Positions 1 through 9,367 of a DNA stretch of 64,000 nt are shown piece after piece. The position numbers were made by a program, and so were the translations under genes. Position 1 is the first letter of the stretch, and each line of letters starts with the position of its first letter. Source of the DNA: Bacteroidia bacterium. GTDB lineage: Bacteria; Bacteroidota; Bacteroidia; UKL13-3. The notes beneath the pieces were generated by a model. The model worked only from the letters and a program-made list of their open reading frames with translations, made no database searches and was not told the origin of the DNA. The stretch lies in the NCBI GenBank assembly GCA_046296495.1, contig JBKBLB010000002.1:22590-86589 (forward strand), given 5' to 3'.

Positions 1-96
1 GATTACCAAATTCTTCGGCCATTACCTTATACATTACATCAACTACCTGCGGATGAATAGGTGTAGTGGCTGCATTATCAAAATAAACATTCATAG
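1..96 (-). CDS. Cysteine desulfurase-like (aminotransferase class V), N-terminal 32 codons only; the gene runs off the window start
   Basis: The reverse complement translates MNVYFDNAATTPIHPQVVDVMYKVMAEEFGN with no stop. This resembles the N-terminus of NifS/IscS-type cysteine desulfurases. It is not in the ORF track because no stop codon falls inside the window. Confidence 0.4.
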
Positions 97-987
97 TTAT
101 TTACTTTTAAGCGTTTGAAAACCTATTAATTTATAAACTAATTTTGCCATATTGTATTCGGTTAATATGCTTCCTTTTACAGGTGCACATTCCACAACAT
201 CAAATCCAACAACATTTTTGGTTGCAAAAACATCTTTTAAAAACATAATTGTTTCGTGCCAGTATAAGCCGTTTGGTTCAGCCGTACCAACCGCAGGTGC
301 AATACTTGGGTCAAAACCATCTGTATCAATGGTTATGTAAACATTGTTGCCAAGGGTTTTTAGTGCTTCTAAAGCCCATTGATCGTTTTGCCTTATTTGA
401 TGGGCATAATAAGTTTGTATGTTTTTACTTTCTTTAATGAGTGTTGCTTCTTCTATACATTGAGCTCTAATACCAATTTGTGTTATGGGTGCATCTGCTT
501 GATGTATGCGTGCCATAACACTTGCATGAGAATATATATTTCCTTGATATGCTTCTCTTAAATCGCTATGTGCATCAAATTGTAATACATGAACATCTGG
601 GTATTTTTGTTTTATTGCCTTAAATACCCCAAAAGTAATTGAATGTTCGGCACCAAGTGTTATAGGAAATTTATCATGTTCTAATAATTTAGCGGTTTCT
701 TTTTCAATAAGTTTTATGGCTTTTTCGTTTACTTTACCGGTAAAATCCATTGGTTCAAGTGTACATATACCACCAAGTTTATAACTTTCCTGGTCCAATT
801 CTTCATCGTACAACTCTACATAATGCGATGCTTTTATAATTGCACCAGGCCCTTTGCTTGAACCTAACAAATAAGAAGATGTGTATTCATAAGGTGCTGA
901 TTGAATAACAAACTTGCTCTCTTTAAAACTATAAAGAGGCTTTTCTTGAATAGCCAAAAAGTTTTTTTTGTGATTATAAAATTTCAT
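97..987 (-). CDS. speB: Agmatinase / arginase-family ureohydrolase
   Basis: 296 aa with the ureohydrolase Mn-binding motifs (DAHSD, TIDTDGFDP, GAEHS). Confidence 0.75.
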   Translation of the reverse strand: MKFYNHKKNFLAIQEKPLYSFKESKFVIQSAPYEYTSSYLLGSSKGPGAIIKASHYVELYDEELDQESYKLGGICTLEPMDFTGKVNEKAIKLIEKETAKLLEHDKFPITLGAEHSITFGVFKAIKQKYPDVHVLQFDAHSDLREAYQGNIYSHASVMARIHQADAPITQIGIRAQCIEEATLIKESKNIQTYYAHQIRQNDQWALEALKTLGNNVYITIDTDGFDPSIAPAVGTAEPNGLYWHETIMFLKDVFATKNVVGFDVVECAPVKGSILTEYNMAKLVYKLIGFQTLKSK

Positions 988-989
988 AA

Positions 990-1835
990 TTAGAAAATTT
1001 CTGGTGGTATGGGAAATTCATTGTCAATATCTGTTAAAACATAAGGTATAGTTTTGGTAATACAAACGGTATGTTCAAATTGTGCCGAGAGTTTTCCGTC
1101 AATGGTACGTGCCGTCCATCCGTCTTTCTTATCAACTTTAGCCCTTGCTTTACCTGCATTTATCATTGGTTCAATGGTAAAAGTCATACCGGGTTGCAAA
1201 ATTGGGCCTGTGCCTGCATCGGCAATATGGCTTACTTCGGGTTCTTCGTGAAATTTAAGACCAATTCCGTGTCCGCAAAATTCATATACAACGCTATATC
1301 TAAATTTATGAGCATGTCTGGCTATGGCAGCTCCAATATTGTTTAAATGTGCTCCTGCAATACATTCTTTAATGCCTAAGTGAAGGCATTCTTTTGTAAC
1401 CTGAATAAGTTTTTTTGCATAATCGGTTACATTTCCAACCGTAAACATTGAAGATGTATCGCCATAATAACCATTTAAGATAGTTGTTACATCTATATTC
1501 AAAATATCGCCATCTCGTAATGTGTAATTGCTCGGAATTCCATGGCAAATGGTATCATTAACGCTAATACAAGTTTCTTTTGGGTATCCGTAATAACCCA
1601 AAGTTGCTGGTATTGCATTATGGTCGCGCATAAATTCTGAGCAAATTTTATTAAGGTAATCGGTTGTTACACCGGCTTTTACAAATGGAGCAACGGCTTT
1701 AAGCGTTTTAGCTGCAATAATACTGCTTTGCCTCATTCCTTCTATTTGTTCGGGAGTTTTTATAATGATTTTGCTTTTTGTATCTCTAAAGGCCAATTTT
1801 TTAAAATAAAGTTGCGAAAATAATACAAATAGCAT
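990..1835 (-). CDS. map: Methionine aminopeptidase type I
   Basis: Colinear with E. coli MAP (IKTPEQIEGMR...CHGIP...DGDILNIDVT...EYCGHGIG...FTIEPM...EHT). The tracked ATG gives a ~20-aa N-terminal extension; the real start may be the TTG at LAFRDTKSKIIIKT. Confidence 0.9.
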   Translation of the reverse strand: MLFVLFSQLYFKKLAFRDTKSKIIIKTPEQIEGMRQSSIIAAKTLKAVAPFVKAGVTTDYLNKICSEFMRDHNAIPATLGYYGYPKETCISVNDTICHGIPSNYTLRDGDILNIDVTTILNGYYGDTSSMFTVGNVTDYAKKLIQVTKECLHLGIKECIAGAHLNNIGAAIARHAHKFRYSVVYEFCGHGIGLKFHEEPEVSHIADAGTGPILQPGMTFTIEPMINAGKARAKVDKKDGWTARTIDGKLSAQFEHTVCITKTIPYVLTDIDNEFPIPPEIF

Positions 1836-1917
1836 ACGTAATATGATGTATTTTTTAATATTTTTTTAATTTTAAAAAAAACAATTTTTTATTTGTATAA
1901 CCAAACAATCAAAAAAC

Positions 1918-3063
1918 ATGAAAAAGATTACTTTCAAAATTTCTGTATTAGCACTAATTGGAATGTTTAGTATTAATCTAACTTTTGCACAAGGCGATGC
2001 TGCTCAGTTTTTAAGAACAGGTGTTAGCGATGGAAACAAATTAATGAACGGTTATTTAAGTCCATTGATGATGGGATTTGCCAGCGGACTAAACAATGGA
2101 TGGTATCAAACAGCCAAAGCACACGGTACAGGAGGTTTTGATATTACCGTAAATCTTGGTTTGTTTAACGTTCCAACAAAATATCAAAGTTTTGATATTG
2201 CAGGTTTGGGCTTGAATACAAATCCAAGCGGACCCAGAATGGTTCCTCGTTCAGGCTCATTAGGAACTTCACCGACCATTTTTGGAGAGAATAAAGAAGG
2301 TGGTACCGTAGATGTAGTACAAAGATTTACAGTACCCGGAGTTGGCGATGTTGATACTGTTTTAACAAGTTTTAATTTACCACCGGGCTTAGGTGTAAAC
2401 TCTTTTATTTATTTACCAAATGCTCAATTTTGTGTGGGTATTGTTAAAAAAACAGATTTAATTGTTCGTTTTATTCCGCAAATAAATAATGGTGATTTTA
2501 AGGCCGGAGCTTTTGGAATAGGTATTAAACACGATTTTAAACAATGGATTCCAGGTATTGCAGATGCACCTTTTGATTTAAGTGCAATTGCTGTTTACAA
2601 TAGAGCCAATGCATCGTATGGTTTAGGTGAAAATTATGTAAAACCAGATTCGGGTGTAACTTTAGGTGTGTTAACTCCAGATCAATATAAAACACAGGGT
2701 TTTGATTTTACATTAAACGGATTTATGGTAGGTGCAATTATCAGTAAAAAATTAGGTCCGTTAACTCCATTTATTGGCGTTCAATACAACAACGCTAAAG
2801 CAACCTTAAAAGCCAGTGGAGTTTATCCAATAACTTTTATTGAAGATGATCCAAGCAGTCCAAATTTTGGTGAAAAGAAAGCCGTAAATCTTAAAGACCC
2901 ACTTGAAATTACAGGAAATGCCAATGGATTAAGAGCAAATATTGGTTTAAGATTTAAATTAGGCCCAATTACTTTTCATGGCGATTATACTTTAGGAAAA
3001 TTAAATACCATTAATTTTGGATTTGGTATTAATATACAAAGTATTGCGCCATTTAAACTATAA
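1918..3063 (+). CDS. Hypothetical secreted or outer-membrane protein
   Basis: 381 aa with an N-terminal signal peptide (MKKITFKISVLALIGMFSINLTFAQ). It is Gly/Asn-rich with alternating beta-strand-like pattern. I do not recognise the family. Confidence 0.5.
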   Translation: MKKITFKISVLALIGMFSINLTFAQGDAAQFLRTGVSDGNKLMNGYLSPLMMGFASGLNNGWYQTAKAHGTGGFDITVNLGLFNVPTKYQSFDIAGLGLNTNPSGPRMVPRSGSLGTSPTIFGENKEGGTVDVVQRFTVPGVGDVDTVLTSFNLPPGLGVNSFIYLPNAQFCVGIVKKTDLIVRFIPQINNGDFKAGAFGIGIKHDFKQWIPGIADAPFDLSAIAVYNRANASYGLGENYVKPDSGVTLGVLTPDQYKTQGFDFTLNGFMVGAIISKKLGPLTPFIGVQYNNAKATLKASGVYPITFIEDDPSSPNFGEKKAVNLKDPLEITGNANGLRANIGLRFKLGPITFHGDYTLGKLNTINFGFGINIQSIAPFKL

Positions 3064-3405
3064 AGTTGGTATTACTTCGTTTATTTCATTGGTTAAGGTA
3101 TCAATGAGTTCTTTAACTCTTGTTACAGCAATCGGAATATTTTGAGTATTAATACCTTCTTTACCCCATTGTTCAATATTTCTAACTAAATCAAACAACT
3201 CATTAGCGCCCAGCATTTGTATGGGCGCTTTTAGTTTGTGTGCCAAACTGCCAGCAGCCTGCCAATTTTGTGAAGCTACAAACTCATTAAATTGGTTTGC
3301 TTCTAAAGCAGTTGTATTTACAAACAATTGAAGCATTTCTTTTACAAATCCTACATCTCCGCCACTTATTTCATTTAGATAGGTTAAATCGAGTACTTTT
3401 TCCAT
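3058..3405 (-). CDS. Standalone Hpt (histidine phosphotransfer) domain protein
   Basis: 115 aa with an Hpt-like helix bundle and an HKLKAPIQMLGA motif. It is convergent with and slightly overlaps the preceding gene. Confidence 0.6.
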   Translation of the reverse strand: MEKVLDLTYLNEISGGDVGFVKEMLQLFVNTTALEANQFNEFVASQNWQAAGSLAHKLKAPIQMLGANELFDLVRNIEQWGKEGINTQNIPIAVTRVKELIDTLTNEINEVIPTL

Positions 3406-3475
3406 ACAGCAACATTATAAACTTTATAAAACATTACAAACAAACAAAAAAAATTATCAATTTGCAGAGCAAATA

Positions 3476-4177
3476 ATGTATGGTATAGTAGATATAAGCT
3501 TGGTTCAAGTAAGGGCTGAACCTAGTGGCAAAAGTGAATTGACAACTCAGTTGCTATTTGGCGAAACTTATGAAGTTATTAAAAAACAGGGAGAATGGCT
3601 ATATATAAAATCTTTTTTTGATAATTATGAAGGTTGGATTAACGAAAATCAACATACTGAACACTCTTATTCAGAACACGGTGATATTATTTCAGATGTA
3701 TTTCCATTTCAAAAAATCAGAAAAAATAATATTGATATTTATGTGTTGCCTGGTAGCCATTTAAATTTATTAGAAAAATTTCAAACAAAAGCGAATGATT
3801 TATCAATTACAGACTTTGCAAAACAGTTTTTAGGCACACCTTATTTATGGGGTGGAAAAAGTTTTTTGGGAATTGATTGTTCAGGTTTGGTTCAGGTTGT
3901 TTATAAATGCTACGGTATAAACCTGCCACGAGATGCATACCAACAGGCACGATTTGGTTTAACCATTGATTTTTTGAGTGAAGCCAAAGCAAACGATTTG
4001 GCTTTTTTTGAAAACCAGGATGGCAATATTACTCATGTTGGTATTTTACTGAGTAACGAAGAAATAATACACGCAAGTGGTTTTGTAAGAATTGATAGTA
4101 TAGACAGTTTTGGAATTTTTAATAAAACATTGCAAAAACATACACATAAACTAAAATTTATTAAAAGGTTGATGTAA
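3476..4177 (+). CDS. NlpC/P60 family cell-wall peptidase with N-terminal SH3-like domain
   Basis: GTPYLWGGKSFLGIDCSGLVQVVY contains the catalytic Cys, and a downstream His is present (ITHVGILL). Confidence 0.8.
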   Translation: MYGIVDISLVQVRAEPSGKSELTTQLLFGETYEVIKKQGEWLYIKSFFDNYEGWINENQHTEHSYSEHGDIISDVFPFQKIRKNNIDIYVLPGSHLNLLEKFQTKANDLSITDFAKQFLGTPYLWGGKSFLGIDCSGLVQVVYKCYGINLPRDAYQQARFGLTIDFLSEAKANDLAFFENQDGNITHVGILLSNEEIIHASGFVRIDSIDSFGIFNKTLQKHTHKLKFIKRLM

Positions 4178-4226
4178 AACAAAAAAGCTTTAAATTCCTT
4201 TTATTTGAACCAAATATTTTACAAAC

Positions 4227-4706
4227 ATGACAACTTTAAAAAAAGGCGACAAAGCACCCCACTTTAAATTATTTAACAGCGATAAAAAAGAAGTTTCGCT
4301 TGATGATTTTAAAGGAAAAAATTTAATTATTCATTTTTTTCCATTGGCATTTACAGGAGTTTGTACTACACAGTTATGTACAGTTAGAGACGCTATAGGC
4401 TTATACAAAAACGAAAATGCAGATGTTGTTGGAATTAGTATTGATTCGCCACCGGTTTTAGCTAAGTTTAAAGAAGAGCAAAAATTACAATTTGATTTAT
4501 TAAGTGATTTTAACAGAGAAGTTTGCACAGCTTATGGAGCTATTCATGATGTTTTTCCGGCCTGGGGCTTAAAAGGGGTTGCAAAACGTGCAGCATTTGT
4601 TGTTGATGGTAACGGAATTATTCAATATGCGCAGGTGTTAGACAGCCCCGGAGATTTGCCTGATTTTAATGCAATTAACCAAGCTTTGGGTCAGGCAACG
4701 GCTTAA
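4227..4706 (+). CDS. Peroxiredoxin (AhpC/TSA-redoxin family, AhpE/Bcp-like)
   Basis: 159 aa with FPLAFTGVCTTQ peroxidatic-Cys context and a thioredoxin fold. Confidence 0.8.
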   Translation: MTTLKKGDKAPHFKLFNSDKKEVSLDDFKGKNLIIHFFPLAFTGVCTTQLCTVRDAIGLYKNENADVVGISIDSPPVLAKFKEEQKLQFDLLSDFNREVCTAYGAIHDVFPAWGLKGVAKRAAFVVDGNGIIQYAQVLDSPGDLPDFNAINQALGQATA

Positions 4707-4766
4707 TTTATTAAAAAAGGGTTGCACAAACAAAGATAATTTGTAGTTTTGCAATTCTTTTTTAAT

Positions 4767-4840
4767 GGTCTCGTAGCTTAATTGAATAGAGCATCTGACT
4801 ACGGATCAGAAGGTTACAGGTTTGAGTCCTGTCGAGACCA
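4767..4840 (+). tRNA. tRNA-Arg (anticodon ACG)
   Basis: 74-nt cloverleaf: acceptor GGTCTCG/CGAGACC, D-stem GCTT/GAGC, anticodon stem TCTGA/TCAGA with loop CTACGGA (anticodon ACG), T-stem ACAGG/CCTGT and discriminator A. The 3' CCA is not encoded (genomic CAA follows). Confidence 0.85.
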
Positions 4841-4849
4841 CAATAAAAT

Positions 4850-4881
4850 AAAAATCAGCTACTTAAAGCTGATTTTTTTTG
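4850..4881. terminator. Rho-independent terminator hairpin (bidirectional)
   Basis: aaaATCAGCT-acttaa-AGCTGATttttttt. A T-run follows on the + strand (tRNA) and an A/T run follows on the - strand (end of the histidine kinase gene at 4884). Confidence 0.6.
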
Positions 4882-4883
4882 TT

Positions 4884-5930
4884 TTAACCCTTTTTAAGTG
4901 TAAAACCAAAGGTTGTTCCTTTGCCAATTGTGCTTCTGGCGTTAATGGTTTGTCCGTGTGCCTCAATTATATGCTTAACAATTGCCAAGCCTAATCCAGT
5001 GCCTCCTTCATCGCCATCGGTTCTTGCTCGACTTTTTTCAACCCTGTAAAAACGTTCAAATATTCTGGGCAAATGTTCTTGTTCTATGCCATTGCCATTG
5101 TCGGCTATTTCAATTAAAATATTTTCATCCATATCATAATACGAAGCAATAACGTGTCCGTTTTTATTGCCATATTTTATAGCGTTTTGTATTAAGTTTA
5201 CCAAAACTTGCCTAATACGGTATTTATCGGCAAAAACATAAAAGGGTTTATTGCATCCGTCTTTAATTTCAAGCGAAATTTGCTTGCTTTTAGCTTTAAT
5301 TTCAAGTTGTTCAAAAATCTCTTTAACCAAGCTGTTTACATCAAACTTTTCAAACTCCATTTCAAGTTCACCGCTTTCGAGTTGCGATATAGCCAATAAA
5401 TCAGCAACCAAATCGCTTAGCCTGTCGGCACTTGATGCAGCTTTTTGCAAAAACCTCATATTAACATTTGGGTCATTTAAAGCGCCATCAATTAATGTAT
5501 GTATATATCCCTGAATATTAAAAATAGGTGTTTTTAACTCATGAGAAACATTGCCAAGAAATTCTTTTCTAAAGTTTGCCAATCTTTTTAATTCTAAAAT
5601 TTCTTGCCTGTTATCTCTTGCCCATTGAATTACTTCTTTATTCATAATGGCAATGGGGTCTTTATCCCAATCAAAGTTTTTTAAAATAGCATCGTATTTC
5701 TCGGTTTTTAAACTATGTATGGTTTTGTATATAAGTTTTATTTTACGATATATAAAAAATTCAAGGGTATAAAAAAACAAAAAGAAAGATAAGCCAAAAC
5801 TTAGGGTAAAAATTATAACTCCGTTAATCCAATTAAAATCGGTTATAAAAAGTGTAACAAAACCAAGTATAAACGACAAAACCAGCGATACAAAAACCGC
5901 TATATTAATCGGTTTTGGGTTTCTTATCAT
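4884..5930 (-). CDS. Two-component sensor histidine kinase (2 TM, HisKA + HATPase_c)
   Basis: H-box VSHELKTPIFNIQGY, N/G1/G2 boxes (NLIQNAIKYG, DNGNGI, GGTGLGLAIV) and two N-terminal TM helices. It overlaps the response-regulator gene upstream by 4 nt. Confidence 0.85.
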   Translation of the reverse strand: MIRNPKPINIAVFVSLVLSFILGFVTLFITDFNWINGVIIFTLSFGLSFFLFFYTLEFFIYRKIKLIYKTIHSLKTEKYDAILKNFDWDKDPIAIMNKEVIQWARDNRQEILELKRLANFRKEFLGNVSHELKTPIFNIQGYIHTLIDGALNDPNVNMRFLQKAASSADRLSDLVADLLAISQLESGELEMEFEKFDVNSLVKEIFEQLEIKAKSKQISLEIKDGCNKPFYVFADKYRIRQVLVNLIQNAIKYGNKNGHVIASYYDMDENILIEIADNGNGIEQEHLPRIFERFYRVEKSRARTDGDEGGTGLGLAIVKHIIEAHGQTINARSTIGKGTTFGFTLKKG

Positions 5931-6604
5931 GCTTCAAATTTATACCCAACACCTTTAACGGTGCCAATATATTTATCGCCTATTTTTTCTCTTAGTTTTC
6001 GAATATGAACATCTATGGTTCTGTCAACCACTAAAACCTCGTCTCCCCAAACTTTTTCAAGAATAAATTCGCGTGTAAATACTTTTCCGGGTTTAGTTGC
6101 CAATAAAAACAGTAATTCAAACTCTTTTCGTGCCAATTGAATTTTTTGGCCATTTCTGTAAACCAAAAAAGTTTCTCTGTCAATTTCAATATCGCCTACA
6201 TGTAGCTTTGTATTTTCTTCTTGTTTTGATAATCTTCTTAAAATTGCCGAAATACGGGTAAGTAAAACTTTTGGTTTGATAGGTTTTGCTATATAATCAT
6301 CGGCACCGGCTTCAAATCCTGCAATTTCGCTGTATTCTTCTGCGCGTGCTGTTAAAAAAACAATAAATGTTTTCTTAAAATCAGGATCGGCTTTAAGTTG
6401 CCTGCAAGTTTCAATACCATCAAGCACTGGCATCATTACGTCAAGTAATACTAAATCGGGTTTTTCTGCTTTGGCAATCTCTATAGCTTCTTTCCCATTA
6501 AATGCAGTTAAAACCTGATAGCCCTCTTTAGTTAGGTTATATGCAATAAATTCAACAATGTCTTGTTCGTCATCAACTACCAATATTTTGTAATTGTTTT
6601 CCAT
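5927..6604 (-). CDS. OmpR-family response regulator (REC + winged-helix), RprY-like
   Basis: KILVVDDEQDIV...DLVLLDVMMP receiver domain plus a C-terminal winged-helix trans_reg_C domain. Confidence 0.9.
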   Translation of the reverse strand: MENNYKILVVDDEQDIVEFIAYNLTKEGYQVLTAFNGKEAIEIAKAEKPDLVLLDVMMPVLDGIETCRQLKADPDFKKTFIVFLTARAEEYSEIAGFEAGADDYIAKPIKPKVLLTRISAILRRLSKQEENTKLHVGDIEIDRETFLVYRNGQKIQLARKEFELLFLLATKPGKVFTREFILEKVWGDEVLVVDRTIDVHIRKLREKIGDKYIGTVKGVGYKFEA

Positions 6605-6618
6605 TTATAATTTTTTTG

Positions 6619-6651
6619 TAACATTCGGCTCAACAGTTAACTCGAATGTTA
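6619..6651. promoter_or_regulatory. Perfect 9-bp inverted repeat TAACATTCG-N15-CGAATGTTA between the tlpA-like gene and the RR-HK operon
   Basis: Read directly from the sequence. It lies 15 nt upstream of the RR start codon on the - strand. On the - strand an A-run follows, so it is not a classic terminator there. Confidence 0.3.
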
Positions 6652-6700
6652 ATTTTATATTAATTTAATGTTAATGACTTCTTGGTTCAAAATAAATCAA

Positions 6701-7813
6701 CTACTTCGAAAATATTTCGGCTAATTTTTTATCCAACGCTTCTCCACGTAGGTTTTTATCAATAATTTTTCCATCTCTATCAACCAATACGGTTAAAGGT
6801 ATTCCTTCAATATTATAAAGTTTAACAACACTGCTGTTCCATTTCATTAAATCGCTTACATGGTTCCATAAAAGTTTATCATCGTTTATGGCTTTTATCC
6901 AAGCATCACGGTTGTCATCAAGGCTTACGCCAAGTATATCAAAACCTTTGTTTTTGTATTTATTATAAACTTTAACAACATTAGGGTTTTCTCTTCGGCA
7001 GGGGCCGCACCAACTTGCCCAAAAATCAATTAAAACAACCTTACCTCTTAACGATGATAATGAAACCATTTTTCCAAACGGATCGCTTAAAACAATTTCA
7101 GGGGCTTCTTCGCCTATGGCAGTTTTCTTTAAATCTAATACCCTGGTGTGTAAAGCCGATGCATATTTTGAGTTATTGAAAGTTGGATACAACATATCAT
7201 CAATAAGTTTTAAATATGCATAATCAGACTCAGGCAATAGAAAATTTGTAGCAAAATAAGGAACCAAAGATGATGTAATAGATTTAGCAAAATCTTTAAT
7301 AGCTGTTTGGTGAGCTTGTTGTAAACTATCAAAAGCTTCTCTAATTTTGTTTTGAACCTCAATAGATGGAACTTCATCTTGATTGATGCTAAATCGGTTT
7401 TCAATATTTTGTGCAGCTTTCATAAAGCCGGTGTTCAAAACAAAAAGTCTTCTTAAATCTTCATTTTCCTGAGAGCCTGCAACTGTATATTCTTGTAGGT
7501 TTGATGCATCTGCTTCAATGGTTAATCGGCTGGCAGTATCAACTAATAAAACAATATCTCCTTGCGGAAGTCTGATGGTGCAAAAAGTTTTTTCGGTTAA
7601 TGTGCCATTTAATTTAAAGCTACCGTCAGCAGCTATGGTTGTTGTATCGAGCAATATTAATCCTGTAGTTGTTATTTCTTGTAAGCTTATTTGGGTATTA
7701 GAAGCATTTTTTATTGTTCCGTTAACTACAAAACCACTTTCATCTTTAGTGTTTTTATTTTGGCATGAACCTAAAATGATGATGGAACTTAATAAATAGA
7801 ATAATTTTTTCAT
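6701..7813 (-). CDS. TlpA/ResA-like thiol-disulfide oxidoreductase lipoprotein with N-terminal extension
   Basis: Lipobox ILGSCQ; a C-terminal thioredoxin fold with WASWCGPCRRENP active site. Confidence 0.75.
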   Translation of the reverse strand: MKKLFYLLSSIIILGSCQNKNTKDESGFVVNGTIKNASNTQISLQEITTTGLILLDTTTIAADGSFKLNGTLTEKTFCTIRLPQGDIVLLVDTASRLTIEADASNLQEYTVAGSQENEDLRRLFVLNTGFMKAAQNIENRFSINQDEVPSIEVQNKIREAFDSLQQAHQTAIKDFAKSITSSLVPYFATNFLLPESDYAYLKLIDDMLYPTFNNSKYASALHTRVLDLKKTAIGEEAPEIVLSDPFGKMVSLSSLRGKVVLIDFWASWCGPCRRENPNVVKVYNKYKNKGFDILGVSLDDNRDAWIKAINDDKLLWNHVSDLMKWNSSVVKLYNIEGIPLTVLVDRDGKIIDKNLRGEALDKKLAEIFSK

Positions 7814-7817
7814 GTTT

Positions 7818-9287
7818 TTATTTATTGTCTAATGTTTCTTTAAGCAATTTATTGGCAATTTTAGGGTCAGCTTTTCCTTTACTTTTTTTCATTACTTCGC
7901 CCATAAATAATCCTATTAAAGATTGTTTACCGTTTTTGTATTCGGTAACTTTTTCCGGGAAAGCATCAATAGCTTCATCAATCCATTGTTGTAATTGGCT
8001 TAAATCGCTTTCCTGTATCAAATTTAATTTTTCGGCAATTTGTGCTGCCGATAAATGATGCTCTTGCAGCATAACAGGAAAAAGTTTTTGCGAAGCAGCC
8101 GAATGGCTTATTTTCCCCGAATCTATTAAATCTATTATTTCAGCAATTTTAGCAGGTTGTAATTCAAAATCTTTAATATCAATTGCCTGCTCATTTAAAT
8201 AGCCTTTAATATTTACCATAAGCCAATTAGCAGCAGCTTTAATATTTGATGTGTGTTTTAAAATGCTTTCAAAATATTCGGCTATATCTTTGTTTTCGGT
8301 AAGTACTCCGGTATCGTATTCACTAAGTTTGTAAAGTTGAGTAAATTTTTGGTGTAACTCTTTAGGTAAAGCAGGCATTTGTGCTTTTACCCTTTCAATA
8401 TGCTCGTTTGTAATGTGTATGGGTGGTAAATCAGGTTCAGGAAAATATCTGTAATCGCTTGCACCTTCTTTTGTTCGCATGCTTATGGTAATGCCTTTTA
8501 ATGCATCAAAAGTTCTTGTTTCCATTACTATACTTTCACCATTAAGTATGGCTTGTGTTTGTCTGTGTATTTCGTAATCAATGGCTTTTTGAACATTTCG
8601 CATCGAGTTCATGTTTTTAACTTCTACTTTGGTGCCAAACTTTTTACTGCCTTTGGGTCTTACCGAAATGTTTGCATCGCAACGAAGGCTGCCTTCTTCC
8701 ATGTTGCCGTCACATATATCGAGGTAGCGAACCAATTTTCTAATTTCAGTTAAGTATTGGTAGGCTTCTTCACCACTTCTTAAATCAGGTTCAGAAACAA
8801 TTTCAATAAGTGGAACTCCTGCACGGTTCAAATCAATCAACGAGTCATAAACATCCTGATCGTGCATGCTTTTACCGGCATCTTCTTCCATGTGAATGCG
8901 GGTAAGTCCGATTTTTTTGGATTTATTATCCGAAGTTTTAATTTCTATAAATCCACCGGTACATATTGGTGTTTTATCTTGCGTTATCTGATAACCTTTT
9001 GGTAAATCGGCATAAAAGTAGTTTTTACGTGCATAATACTGAAATGGGGCAATATTGCAATTACAGGCAATGCCCATTCTAATAGCAAAATTTATTACCT
9101 CTTTATTGTGTTTTGGTAAAGTTCCCGGGTGGCCTAAACTTATGGGGCTAACCATGCTGTTTGGGTCAGCACCATAATCATACATTTCGCTGCTGTATGC
9201 TTTACTCTTTGTATTCATTTGTGCATGAACCTCAAGCCCAATAACAGCTTCAAATTCATTTGCAATCTCTGTATTTGGTTCAGACAT
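7818..9287 (-). CDS. gatB: Asp-tRNA(Asn)/Glu-tRNA(Gln) amidotransferase subunit B
   Basis: 489 aa; EAVIGLEVHAQMNTKSK at the N-terminus and a C-terminal GatB/YqeY domain. Confidence 0.9.
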   Translation of the reverse strand: MSEPNTEIANEFEAVIGLEVHAQMNTKSKAYSSEMYDYGADPNSMVSPISLGHPGTLPKHNKEVINFAIRMGIACNCNIAPFQYYARKNYFYADLPKGYQITQDKTPICTGGFIEIKTSDNKSKKIGLTRIHMEEDAGKSMHDQDVYDSLIDLNRAGVPLIEIVSEPDLRSGEEAYQYLTEIRKLVRYLDICDGNMEEGSLRCDANISVRPKGSKKFGTKVEVKNMNSMRNVQKAIDYEIHRQTQAILNGESIVMETRTFDALKGITISMRTKEGASDYRYFPEPDLPPIHITNEHIERVKAQMPALPKELHQKFTQLYKLSEYDTGVLTENKDIAEYFESILKHTSNIKAAANWLMVNIKGYLNEQAIDIKDFELQPAKIAEIIDLIDSGKISHSAASQKLFPVMLQEHHLSAAQIAEKLNLIQESDLSQLQQWIDEAIDAFPEKVTEYKNGKQSLIGLFMGEVMKKSKGKADPKIANKLLKETLDNK

Positions 9288-9367
9288 ATATAAAATGCAA
9301 TAATAACTTCAAATCTAAAATTTATTTAGATACCTAAATTTAAAACAAATAAATTACGATTAATGTG

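Noticed and set aside
4782-4994. 70-aa plus-strand ORF starting inside the tRNA-Arg gene
   Set aside because: It overlaps the tRNA and the terminator and runs antisense to the HK gene 3' end.
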